Positions 23,501 to 30,023 of a DNA stretch of 64,000 bases are shown piece after piece. The notes beneath the pieces are model-generated. The model was not told the origin of the DNA and did not search any database. It worked only from the letters and a program-made list of their open reading frames with translations. Made by a program: the position numbers and the translations under genes. The stretch spans positions 25,037 to 89,036 of the forward strand of contig CAWDZE010000007.1 of NCBI GenBank assembly GCA_963806705.1. Direction: 5' to 3'. How positions within the stretch are numbered: position 1 is the first letter of the stretch; each line of letters begins with the position of its first letter. Source of the stretch: Vicinamibacteria bacterium (lineage in GTDB: Bacteria > Acidobacteriota > Vicinamibacteria > Vicinamibacterales > JAENWD01).

Positions 23501-23869
23501 TTCGAGATCGTTGAGGGCCAGGTGCGAGTCCGCCGCGGGCATCATCACCTTCGGGTCGGTGCTGAGAATGCGCCGGACCAGCTCACTTCGGCGGGTGTCG
23601 CCGGCCACGACGGCGCGCCGGCCCGACGGCAGCTCGCCAAAGGCGACCTCGCGCACATCCAGGCGGAGGCTGGCCTTGCGCGCGCGGTCGTCGGGACCGT
23701 GGCACTTGAAGCACCGATCCGAGATGAGCGGCTTGACGTGGAAGTTGAAGTCGATGACGTCGGGCACGCCGGCGACCGCGATCGCCACCGGTGCTCGACG
23801 CGCGATCACGACCAGCACGATGACCGCGCCGGCCAGAAGGATCGCGATGCCAACTCGGAGAGCCCGCAC
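20567..23869 (-). CDS. PSCyt / DUF1549 / LamG / DUF1553 multidomain protein (1100 aa)
   Basis: N-terminal TM helix, CFKCHGPDDRARKASLRLD, DUF1549 region (WLDIARYADSHGYQDD), ECARCHDHKFDP, a LamG-like insert, and DUF1553 (RLGLARWLLD...NRYWALLFGRG). Confidence 0.85.
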   Translation of the reverse strand: MRALRVGIAILLAGAVIVLVVIARRAPVAIAVAGVPDVIDFNFHVKPLISDRCFKCHGPDDRARKASLRLDVREVAFGELPSGRRAVVAGDTRRSELVRRILSTDPKVMMPAADSHLALNDLERAILVRWIEQGAEWKPHWAFIPPGRPAVPRTRTDGWARSEIDRFVLATLESHGLSPSPEAPRETLLRRVSMDLTGLPPTLADIDAFVADQSPDAYERVVDRLLASPAYGERMAVEWLDIARYADSHGYQDDGMRTMWPWRDWVIGAFNRNLPLDQFITWQLAGDLLPSPTDEQRLATGFNRNHMQSQEGGIVSEEYRVEYVADRVATLGRALLGVSVECARCHDHKFDPISQKDYFRLFSFFNSVNESGQIPYSGVPSPAVMVVDAKTQAALDRVRAELATLKPGLRPEGPDFDRRFAKWLANGSAAPPSARAVPRGLIGHLPFDRAIRTMERPKVEPKAPPKPPEEVLAYENVATPRQRATSGGDKDKRPQTVPGRFGNAQRLPGDSYITIGKEFAYFDRHQPFSLSLWVRLDKDGTSGPLIARSGGVMNGNRGYEILLRADGTLSAGLHHVGPDNSIEIETTTKLVTGTWYHIGLTYDGSSRVAGLRLFLDGAPAQTHALVDNLHRSIIYTTNKGSWGDVPPLRLGKRQDETTEGVAFDEVRVYDRQLSALDMAGLGGNDDELASVFASQVSPTAGQMTQLREHFLLNADAEYARTLSRATALRKRENDLLTALTEAMTMRDLPAPRPTFVLARGAYDAPTDRVEPGTPAVMGPFPKALPANRLGLARWLLDPAHPLTSRVIANRYWALLFGRGLVPTLADFGSQGQLPSHPALLDWLATSLVQSGWDLKAFQKQLVMSATYRQSSIADAARRDADPGNVWLSRGPSHRLAAEQIRDAALAASGLLVSTIGGPSVYPYQPAGLWEALATRNATTYTQGHGDDLHRRSLYTVWKRSSPPPSATSFDAAERLVCTVNRQRTSTPLQALVLLNDPQYVEAARKVAERMLLEGGTSASDRIRLAFRLLTSRTPLPSELALLEKLYADERAAFEKDPGAARRLLATGETPRNRALPASEVAAASIVASTVMNMDDAVMKR

Positions 23870-23890
23870 CTGTCGATTATACGGCGGTCA

Positions 23891-23993
23891 GTGAACCGGT
23901 TCACGGGTTCACGGGTTCACAGGTTCACGGGTTCACAGGTTCACCGGTTCACAGGTTCACGGGTTCACAGGTTCGCGGGTTCACGGGTTCACC
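23891..23993 (-). repeat. Tandem octamer array: 12 x GGTTCACR on the + strand (CCGTGAAC on the transcribed minus strand), preceded by an inverted half-unit
   Basis: 12 units fill 23898-23993 with variation only at positions 6 and 8. GTGAACC at 23891-23897 forms the palindrome GTGAACCGGTTCAC. The array lies 22 nt upstream of the 1100-aa gene start. Confidence 0.9.
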
Positions 23994-24558
23994 AGTGCAG
24001 CTCTAGCGCGCGCAGCGCCCACACCAGAATCAGCCCGGCAACACCGGTCGTGGCGAGGAGGATCGGCAGGGTCGATCGCGCGAGGTGGCGTCGTCTGGCC
24101 GCACCCTCGAGCCAGGCGCCCGCGTTCAGCTCGGCGCGGACGCGCGCGAGCGATTCCCCGTGCTCGCCCCCCACCCGCACGTACCATCGCCGCCATTGTC
24201 CGCGCACGTGCAGAACGAGCCAGCCACGGTCGGCCCACGCGTGGGCGATGTCGGGCCACTGGCCGTGCCAGCGGCGCCACGGATGCTCCAGGGAGACGCC
24301 AGTGACGTCCTGGTGCAGCGCGGTGCGCGACATCGCGACGGCGGCCCACGCCACGCCCACGACAGCCATCGCCTGGAGGGTCACGACCGACCCGAGCGCG
24401 ACAAAGAGAAGCGCCGCATTGCGGTCGCCGCCCGGGTCGACCAGCGTGCCGACGCGCCAGAGCATCACGAACAACCCAACCTCGACGACGGCCGCTCCAA
24501 GCGACGCGAAGAGAACGCCGCGACGAAACGAGGGGGACGCCTGGAGCGTGATGGTCAT
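23989..24558 (-). CDS. Hypothetical membrane protein (189 aa)
   Basis: Intact ORF with 3-4 hydrophobic helices and a W/R-rich soluble segment. The start overlaps the upstream stop. No family recognised. Confidence 0.5.
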   Translation of the reverse strand: MTITLQASPSFRRGVLFASLGAAVVEVGLFVMLWRVGTLVDPGGDRNAALLFVALGSVVTLQAMAVVGVAWAAVAMSRTALHQDVTGVSLEHPWRRWHGQWPDIAHAWADRGWLVLHVRGQWRRWYVRVGGEHGESLARVRAELNAGAWLEGAARRRHLARSTLPILLATTGVAGLILVWALRALELHW

Positions 24559-24689
24559 TCAGATCGGAGGGCCTCCATGGGGTCCACCGCCAGCGCCCGG
24601 CGCGCGGGCACGAGGCATGCGAGCGCACCGACGACCAGCAGGACCAGGCCCACTCCTGCGAAGGTTATCGGATCGGAAGGCGCCAACCG
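24555..24689 (-). pseudogene. Remnant of an FtsX/MacB-type (ADOP-like) ABC permease: only the last TM helix and C-terminal tail remain
   Basis: ...DPITFAGVGLVLLVVGALACLVPARRALAVDPMEALRSE* matches the characteristic C-terminus of FtsX-family permeases. Nothing permease-like lies upstream, where the ORF dissolves into the heptamer repeat. Confidence 0.5.
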
Positions 24690-24697
24690 CGAGACGC

Positions 24698-24783
24698 ATT
24701 GACGATTGTCGACTGACGATTGCAGATTACGGAGCACATTCGTGCAATTCCCAATCGTCAACCGACAATCTGCAATCGTCAAT
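24698..24783. repeat. Heptamer (ATTGNNG) arrays arranged as an imperfect palindrome
   Basis: Left arm: ATTGACG ATTGTCG ACTGACG ATTGCAG ATTACGG. The right arm is the complement series (…CCAATCG TCAACCG ACAATCT GCAATCG TCAAT). Confidence 0.8.
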
Positions 24784-24802
24784 ATGCCGGCGGCGCTATG
24801 CT

Positions 24803-25678
24803 GTGGAGGTGGAGGCAGGGCACGCCCAGCGCCGCTCGTTCGACCAGGCCGCCAGCGGACGGCTGTACGCAAGAAGCGGCGCCGAGCGATGGCAGGTCCC
24901 GCCCGATCGCCTTGGCGCCGCCGTCGAGCGCAGCCTCGACTATCGCTTCTCCGGCGCGGCGACAGACGCTGAAGCAGCGGTCTATCTCGAATCGCTGCAC
25001 GTCGACGACCTGGCGCTGGCGTGCGCGTGCATCGACGGTCACGACGGCGCCTGGGAGCACTTCATCCGCGAGCTGCGCCCGCAGCTGTATCAGGCGGCGC
25101 GGACGATCGCGGGTGACGACGGAAGGGAATTGGCCGATTCGCTTTACGGCGAGCTGTTCGGATTCCCCGGAAAGGATGGCGTCAGGCGGTCGCTGCTGGC
25201 GCACTACCACGGGCGCAGCCGTCTGATCACCTGGTTGCGCTCGGTGCTCGTGCAGCGCCACATCGATCGCGTGCGGGCGACCCGGCGGCTCGAGCCGCTC
25301 GACGACGAGGACTCCGGGCGTTCGACGCACGCGGCGACGGCCACGGATCCGGACCCCGAGCGTGACTCTCTGGTCGGCCACGCGCAGCGGGCGCTCGACG
25401 CCGGCATCGACGCGCTCGAGGCAAAGGACCGGCTGCGGCTCCGCCTCTACTACGGCCAGGACATGACGCTTGCGGCCATCGGCCGCGTGCTCGGCGAACA
25501 TGAGGCGACGGTGTCGCGCAAGCTCGACAAAGCCAGGCGCACGCTGCGCGCGGAGGTCGAACGCGCCCTGGCCGCCCAGGGACTCGCGCCTGCCGCTGTC
25601 GCTCGCGCCTTCGAGCTGGCCGCCGACGCACCCGACCTGCAGCTCGACCGGCTGCTGGCACGATCTGAGGATGGCTGA
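24803..25678 (+). CDS. RNA polymerase sigma-70 family (ECF-like) sigma factor
   Basis: C-terminal part of the 1232-aa ORF. Region 2-like WEHFIRELRPQLYQAA and region 4 HTH RLRLYYGQDMTLAAIGRVLGEHEATVSRKLDKAR. The GTG start at 24803 or 24809 is uncertain. Confidence 0.75.
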   Translation: MEVEAGHAQRRSFDQAASGRLYARSGAERWQVPPDRLGAAVERSLDYRFSGAATDAEAAVYLESLHVDDLALACACIDGHDGAWEHFIRELRPQLYQAARTIAGDDGRELADSLYGELFGFPGKDGVRRSLLAHYHGRSRLITWLRSVLVQRHIDRVRATRRLEPLDDEDSGRSTHAATATDPDPERDSLVGHAQRALDAGIDALEAKDRLRLRLYYGQDMTLAAIGRVLGEHEATVSRKLDKARRTLRAEVERALAAQGLAPAAVARAFELAADAPDLQLDRLLARSEDG

Positions 25679-25767
25679 GGCGAAATTGCGTATGTGCAAG
25701 TTTGGCGCACGACGTTCGTTCTTCACGTAGGAGCCTGTAGCCCGTAGTCTGAAGCTGAAGCCCAGTC

Positions 25768-27130
25768 ATGTCCGATTCCTTCGATCGCGCGCTTCGTGCG
25801 GCGGCCAGACGCAGCCGGCCGGCGGGCGTGTGCCCCGACGCGGCAATGCTTGCCTCCTACGCCGACAACGGCCTGTCGGAGGACGAGCGTCGCATCGTCG
25901 AGGCGCACGTGGCCGACTGCGCGACGTGCCTGGAACACATGACGCTGCTCGGCGCGGTGAGCCTCGACCGCGAGGCGCCCGAGCCGTCACGATGGTGGCT
26001 CGCGCAATGGCGCTGGCTGGTGCCGGTCGCCACGGCTGTCCTGGTTGTCGCCGTGTGGATTCGGCTCCCCGAGCAGAATGAACCAGGAAGTTGTCGGCAC
26101 GCGAGCGCCGGCAGCGCAGGCCCAGCCTGTCCCTGCGACCGAACAGGAGCTCGCGGCGCCTGCAAGCCCGCCGCCGGGACGCGACAACGCGAGCGACGCA
26201 GCCGTGGGAAACGCGATGGAGGCGGCAAGGGTCGCTCCAGAACGCACCGGGCAGCTTTCTGACGAGAAGAAGGATCAGCTGATGCCCCTCGAGCGGCGTG
26301 ACAGGGCGAGGCAGAAGGCCGCCAATGCGCCGCCGCCCGCGCCTGTGGCCGCACCGGAAGGCACTGCGCCCGTTCAGGCGAAAGAGGCCGGCGCGGATAA
26401 AGTCCAGGCCTTCGGAGCCGCGACGAGCAAAGTCGCGTCGCCACCCGCTGCGGCTGCGCCGAGGGCAGCTGAAACCGCCAGGGAAGAAATGCAAGTTGCC
26501 GATGCCGGCCGGCGGCGCGAGGCCGATCGGCTCCTGAGCAAGGCGGAGGCGCCGACGCTGGTCGTGTCGGCATCGGCAAAGGAGTCATACCGGGCCGCAG
26601 GCAACCAAATCGAGCTGTCTGAGGACGGCGGCGCCAGATGGCGCGCCGTGTCGTCGGGAGCCCCGGCCACCTTCACCGCCGCCGGGTGCGGAGCGGGCGG
26701 CCCGTGCTGGTTCGGCACGGCCGACGGGCAGCTCTGGCGGCGCACGCCCGACGGGTTCTCGCGTTATGCCCTGCCAGTCCGCCAGCGGGTCATCGCTATT
26801 GCCGTGGAGGACGCCCAAACCGTCGTCGTGACGGTTGACGGCGGCCAGCGCTTCCGTACCTCAAACGGCGGCACCAACTGGGATCCGGATGCCGTAATCC
26901 GCGAAATTCGTAATCGCCAATCTGCAATCTGCAATCGTCCAATTGCAAGATTCCGCCCTTCCTCCGTTCTACCAATAGGCGCCACATACGGCGCCACGGA
27001 GGAGCGAAATGCGACTGTCCATTCCACTCTGGCGCCGCGCGACTGGCGCCTTCCTGGGAGCAGCTGTTCTGGGTCTTCTGGCCTCCGGCGGCACATCGCC
27101 GGCGGTGAAGGCCGTCGAGTCCACCGGTGA
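25768..27130 (+). pseudogene. zf-HC2 anti-sigma factor with Ala/Pro-rich linker and C-terminal BNR/Asp-box repeats, frame disruption near 26075, true 3' end uncertain
   Basis: ORF 25768..26262 carries HVADCATCLEH (HxxxCxxC) and one TM helix, then turns into R/G-rich out-of-frame sequence. ORF 26045..27130 continues with the linker plus SEDGGARW and TSNGGTNW Asp-boxes, and reads through the heptamer repeat into the next gene. Confidence 0.6.
26893..26952 (+). repeat. Heptamer array (NNCAATC)n, complement orientation of GATTGNN
   Basis: cgtaatc cgcgaaatt cgtaatc gccaatc tgcaatc tgcaatc gtccaat tgcaagatt. Confidence 0.75.
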
Positions 27131-28502
27131 AGACGTCGTCGCCGCGACGATCAAGGACCAGACCGAACTTGCGGTCACCGTCTACAACTCGAACATCGCG
27201 CTCGTGCGCGACGTGCGCCAGGTGGCGTTGTCGCAGGGCGTCATCGACTTGCGCTTTCTCGACATCGCCGCGACGGTGAACCCGGCGACCGTGCACTTCC
27301 GCTCGCTCAGCGAGCCATCGCGGCTCGGCATCCTCGAACAGAATTACCAGTTCGACCTGCTGGATCCGCAACGGCTGCTGAAGAAATACATCGGCCGCGA
27401 CGTCACGCTCGTCCGCACGCGAATGGACAACGGGAGCAGCCGCCAGGAAGAGGTCAGCGCGCGCCTGCTGGCATTCAACGACGCGCCGGTGTGGAAGATC
27501 GGCAACGAGATCGTCACCGGCATGCACGCCGACCAGTTCCGCTTTCCCGAGATCCCCGAGAACCTGCACAGCCGGCCCACGCTCGTGTGGAAGGTCGACA
27601 ACAGCGGCCAGCGCCAGCATCGCATCGAGACGTCGTACCTGGCGACGAACATGTCGTGGATGGCCGACTACGTCCTCACCGTCGCGAGAGACGATGCGCG
27701 GGCCGACCTTGACGGATGGGTGACCGTGACCAACACGAGCGGGACGTCCTACAACAACGCGAAGCTGCAGCTGGTCGCCGGCGACCTGCACCGGGTCCAG
27801 AACGGCCAGGCCATGGACGAACTCATGATGGCCAAGGCCGCGCGCGAAGTGGCGGCGGCCCCGCCCCCATTCAATCGCGAGGCGTTCTCGGAGTATCACC
27901 TCTACGCGTTGAACCGGAAGACGACGCTGCTCGAAAACGAGACCAAGCAGATCTCGCTGCTCGGCGGCACCGGCGTGCCGGTGAAGAAACTCTTCGTCGT
28001 CAACGGACAGAACTTCTACTACCGCAACCGTCAGGCGCCGGGCTCGCCGCTCAAGGATCAGGTGCGCGTCTTCTACAAGTTCCGCAACAGCGAGGCGGCC
28101 GGCCTGGGCATGCCGATGCCGGCGGGCACGGTGCGCGTGTATCAGGCGGATTCGAAAGGCGGCATCCAGTTTGCCGGCGAAGATCGCATCGATCACACGC
28201 CGAAAGACGAGGACCTGACGCTCCAGATCGGCACGGCCTTCGACGTCGTCGCCGAACGCAAGCAGGTCGACTGGCAGAAGGTGGCCGAGGGCGTGTACGA
28301 GATGGCGTTCGAGATCACGCTTCGCAACCACAAGGCGACGCCGATCGCCGTCGAGGTCAACGAGCCGATTGCCGCCGACTGGCGGATGCTCAGCTCTACC
28401 CATCAGCACACGAAGACCGATGCCTGGGCGGCCCGGTTCAACGTGGATGTCGCGGCCAACGGCGAAAGCGTGCTGCGGTATCGAGTCCGCGTGAAATGGT
28501 GA
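27009..28502 (+). CDS. DUF4139 domain-containing secreted protein (MuiA/TIGR02231-like)
   Basis: Signal peptide, then a beta-rich 497-aa protein with ...VTVYNSNIALVRD..., ...SYLATNMSWMADY... and ...EYHLYALNRKTTLLENETKQISLL... as seen in DUF4140/DUF4139 proteins. Confidence 0.65.
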   Translation: MRLSIPLWRRATGAFLGAAVLGLLASGGTSPAVKAVESTGEDVVAATIKDQTELAVTVYNSNIALVRDVRQVALSQGVIDLRFLDIAATVNPATVHFRSLSEPSRLGILEQNYQFDLLDPQRLLKKYIGRDVTLVRTRMDNGSSRQEEVSARLLAFNDAPVWKIGNEIVTGMHADQFRFPEIPENLHSRPTLVWKVDNSGQRQHRIETSYLATNMSWMADYVLTVARDDARADLDGWVTVTNTSGTSYNNAKLQLVAGDLHRVQNGQAMDELMMAKAAREVAAAPPPFNREAFSEYHLYALNRKTTLLENETKQISLLGGTGVPVKKLFVVNGQNFYYRNRQAPGSPLKDQVRVFYKFRNSEAAGLGMPMPAGTVRVYQADSKGGIQFAGEDRIDHTPKDEDLTLQIGTAFDVVAERKQVDWQKVAEGVYEMAFEITLRNHKATPIAVEVNEPIAADWRMLSSTHQHTKTDAWAARFNVDVAANGESVLRYRVRVKW

Positions 28503-28507
28503 AGACA

Positions 28508-28585
28508 GGTTGGTCGGGTTGATCGGGTTGGGTCGGGTTGGGTCGGGTTGGGCCGGGTTGGGTCAGGTTGGAGTTGGGTTGACTG
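28508..28585 (+). repeat. Tandem about 10-mer array (GGGTTGGGTC)n
   Basis: ggttggtcg ggttgatcg ggttgggtcg ggttgggtcg ggttgggccg ggttgggtca ggttggagtt gggttgactgg. It starts 6 nt after the DUF4139 stop. Confidence 0.8.
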
Positions 28586-28644
28586 GCGACAGAAGTACAA
28601 TCCGGGCGCTGGTTGCGGAACAGTCCTCGTCAGGAGGCTTTTCG

Positions 28645-29334
28645 ATGCGAGTCGCCCGGAGCTTTCTTCTCGTTGCGCTGGCGGTCGTGCCCGGTGCTGT
28701 CGCGGCCGCGGTGATTCCGCCAGGCGGACAGCTCAAGACGCCGGACGAATGGCGGTGGCGCCTCGACGAGCCGGCGACGATGTCGCCAGCCGGCAAGGTG
28801 GAGGCAGGACAGTGGTGGTTCGTCGCGATGCCGCCCGGGTGGCACGTGACGATGGGACCCGGCGGCGTGGTCTTCCACCCGGCCTATCGCGCCGGCGGCC
28901 GGTTCATCGTCGAGAGCGAGCTGTTCCTGTTCCCCGATTCGAGCGACGAAGGTGTCGGCCCGTTTGTCGGCGGCCAGTCTCTTGGCGATCAGGAGTCGCC
29001 GGCATACACGTCACTGCTGCTGCGCAAGGACGGGTCGGCCGCGGTCGTGCGTCGCGCAGGCGGGGCTGTGACGGCAATCGCCAACTGGGCCGCCGTCGAG
29101 GGAGTCAAACCGCACGCCGGCAAAGACGCGGAGAAACACGCCTTCCGCATCGAGGCAGACACGACGACCGTGACCTTCCTGGTTGACGGCACGAAGGTGG
29201 CGGCAATCCCTCGCGCCGACGCCGCCGCCGAGGGGCACTTTGGCCTCCGCATCGGCCGCGCCGTCAACATCCACGTCGTCCGGCTGGACTTCACCCAGCA
29301 GCTGGCGCCTCCCCGGAGCCCCAAGCCCAGTTAA
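28645..29334 (+). CDS. Hypothetical secreted protein (229 aa)
   Basis: ATG preceded by AGGAGG, with signal peptide MRVARSFLLVALAVVPGAVAAA. Beta-rich. Family not recognised with confidence. Confidence 0.55.
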   Translation: MRVARSFLLVALAVVPGAVAAAVIPPGGQLKTPDEWRWRLDEPATMSPAGKVEAGQWWFVAMPPGWHVTMGPGGVVFHPAYRAGGRFIVESELFLFPDSSDEGVGPFVGGQSLGDQESPAYTSLLLRKDGSAAVVRRAGGAVTAIANWAAVEGVKPHAGKDAEKHAFRIEADTTTVTFLVDGTKVAAIPRADAAAEGHFGLRIGRAVNIHVVRLDFTQQLAPPRSPKPS

Positions 29335-29440
29335 CCGTTCGTCCCAACATTGGTCACAGGGGTCGGGCCTCGGTGGCACCGCTACCGTGCCATGGGTCGC
29401 AGAAACTGCTAACGTCGCAGGCGACGACCGGAGTCTATCC

Positions 29441-29908
29441 ATGACCACACGCCTGCTGACAATCGCCGCGCTCGCACTGCTGCTGCCGCTTGCGGACGCA
29501 GCCGCGCAGACCGCTTCGGACAAAGAGGCCGTTCGCCAGGCCGCGCTCGATTACGTCGAAGGGATCTACACCGTCGACACCAGTCGCATCGAGCGCAGCG
29601 TCCACAAGAACCTCACCAAGCGAGGCTTCTGGCGCGAGCCCAACGACACCGCTTACCGGCCTGAATCGGTGATGACCTTCGATCAGCTGATGAAGCTGAC
29701 CGCTGGCTGGAACAAGGACGGCAAGCGCGACACGTCAATCAAGGAAGTCACCGTCCTCGATGTGCTGGACCAGACGGCGTCGGCCAAGATCGTCGCGATG
29801 TGGGGCATCGACTACATGCACCTGGCCAAGTACGACGGCCGCTGGCAGATCATCAACATCGTGTGGCAGGCTCACCCGCCCAAAGCACAGCCGACTGCCT
29901 CGCGGTAA
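29441..29908 (+). CDS. Secreted NTF2-fold protein (putative lumazine-binding / SnoaL-like)
   Basis: Signal peptide MTTRLLTIAALALLLPLADAAAQ. Also DKEAVRQAALDYVEGIYTVD and a C-terminal ...DGRWQIINIVW pattern. Confidence 0.55.
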   Translation: MTTRLLTIAALALLLPLADAAAQTASDKEAVRQAALDYVEGIYTVDTSRIERSVHKNLTKRGFWREPNDTAYRPESVMTFDQLMKLTAGWNKDGKRDTSIKEVTVLDVLDQTASAKIVAMWGIDYMHLAKYDGRWQIINIVWQAHPPKAQPTASR

Positions 29909-29915
29909 GACAGTC

Positions 29916-29958
29916 GCCGGTTGCAGGTTGCAGGTTGCCGGTTGACGGTTGTACAACC
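29916..29958 (+). repeat. Heptamer array (GNNGGTT)n ending in a 12-nt perfect palindrome
   Basis: gccggtt gcaggtt gcaggtt gccggtt gacggtt gtacaacc. GGTTGTACAACC is self-complementary. Confidence 0.8.
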
Positions 29959-30023
29959 GAACGCAGGGAGACATCCCGGCCTTCGGAAGCACAACCATCG
30001 ACTGTCAACCAGCGACCGTGAAT

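Noticed and set aside
21980-24800. First approx. 940 codons of the 1232-aa plus ORF
   Set aside because: It is antisense to the DUF1553 gene and then reads through the octamer repeat (RFTGSRVH...). Only the final approx. 290 codons are the sigma factor.
26796-28409. 537-aa minus ORF
   Set aside because: It is antisense to the DUF4139 gene and has no recognisable motifs.
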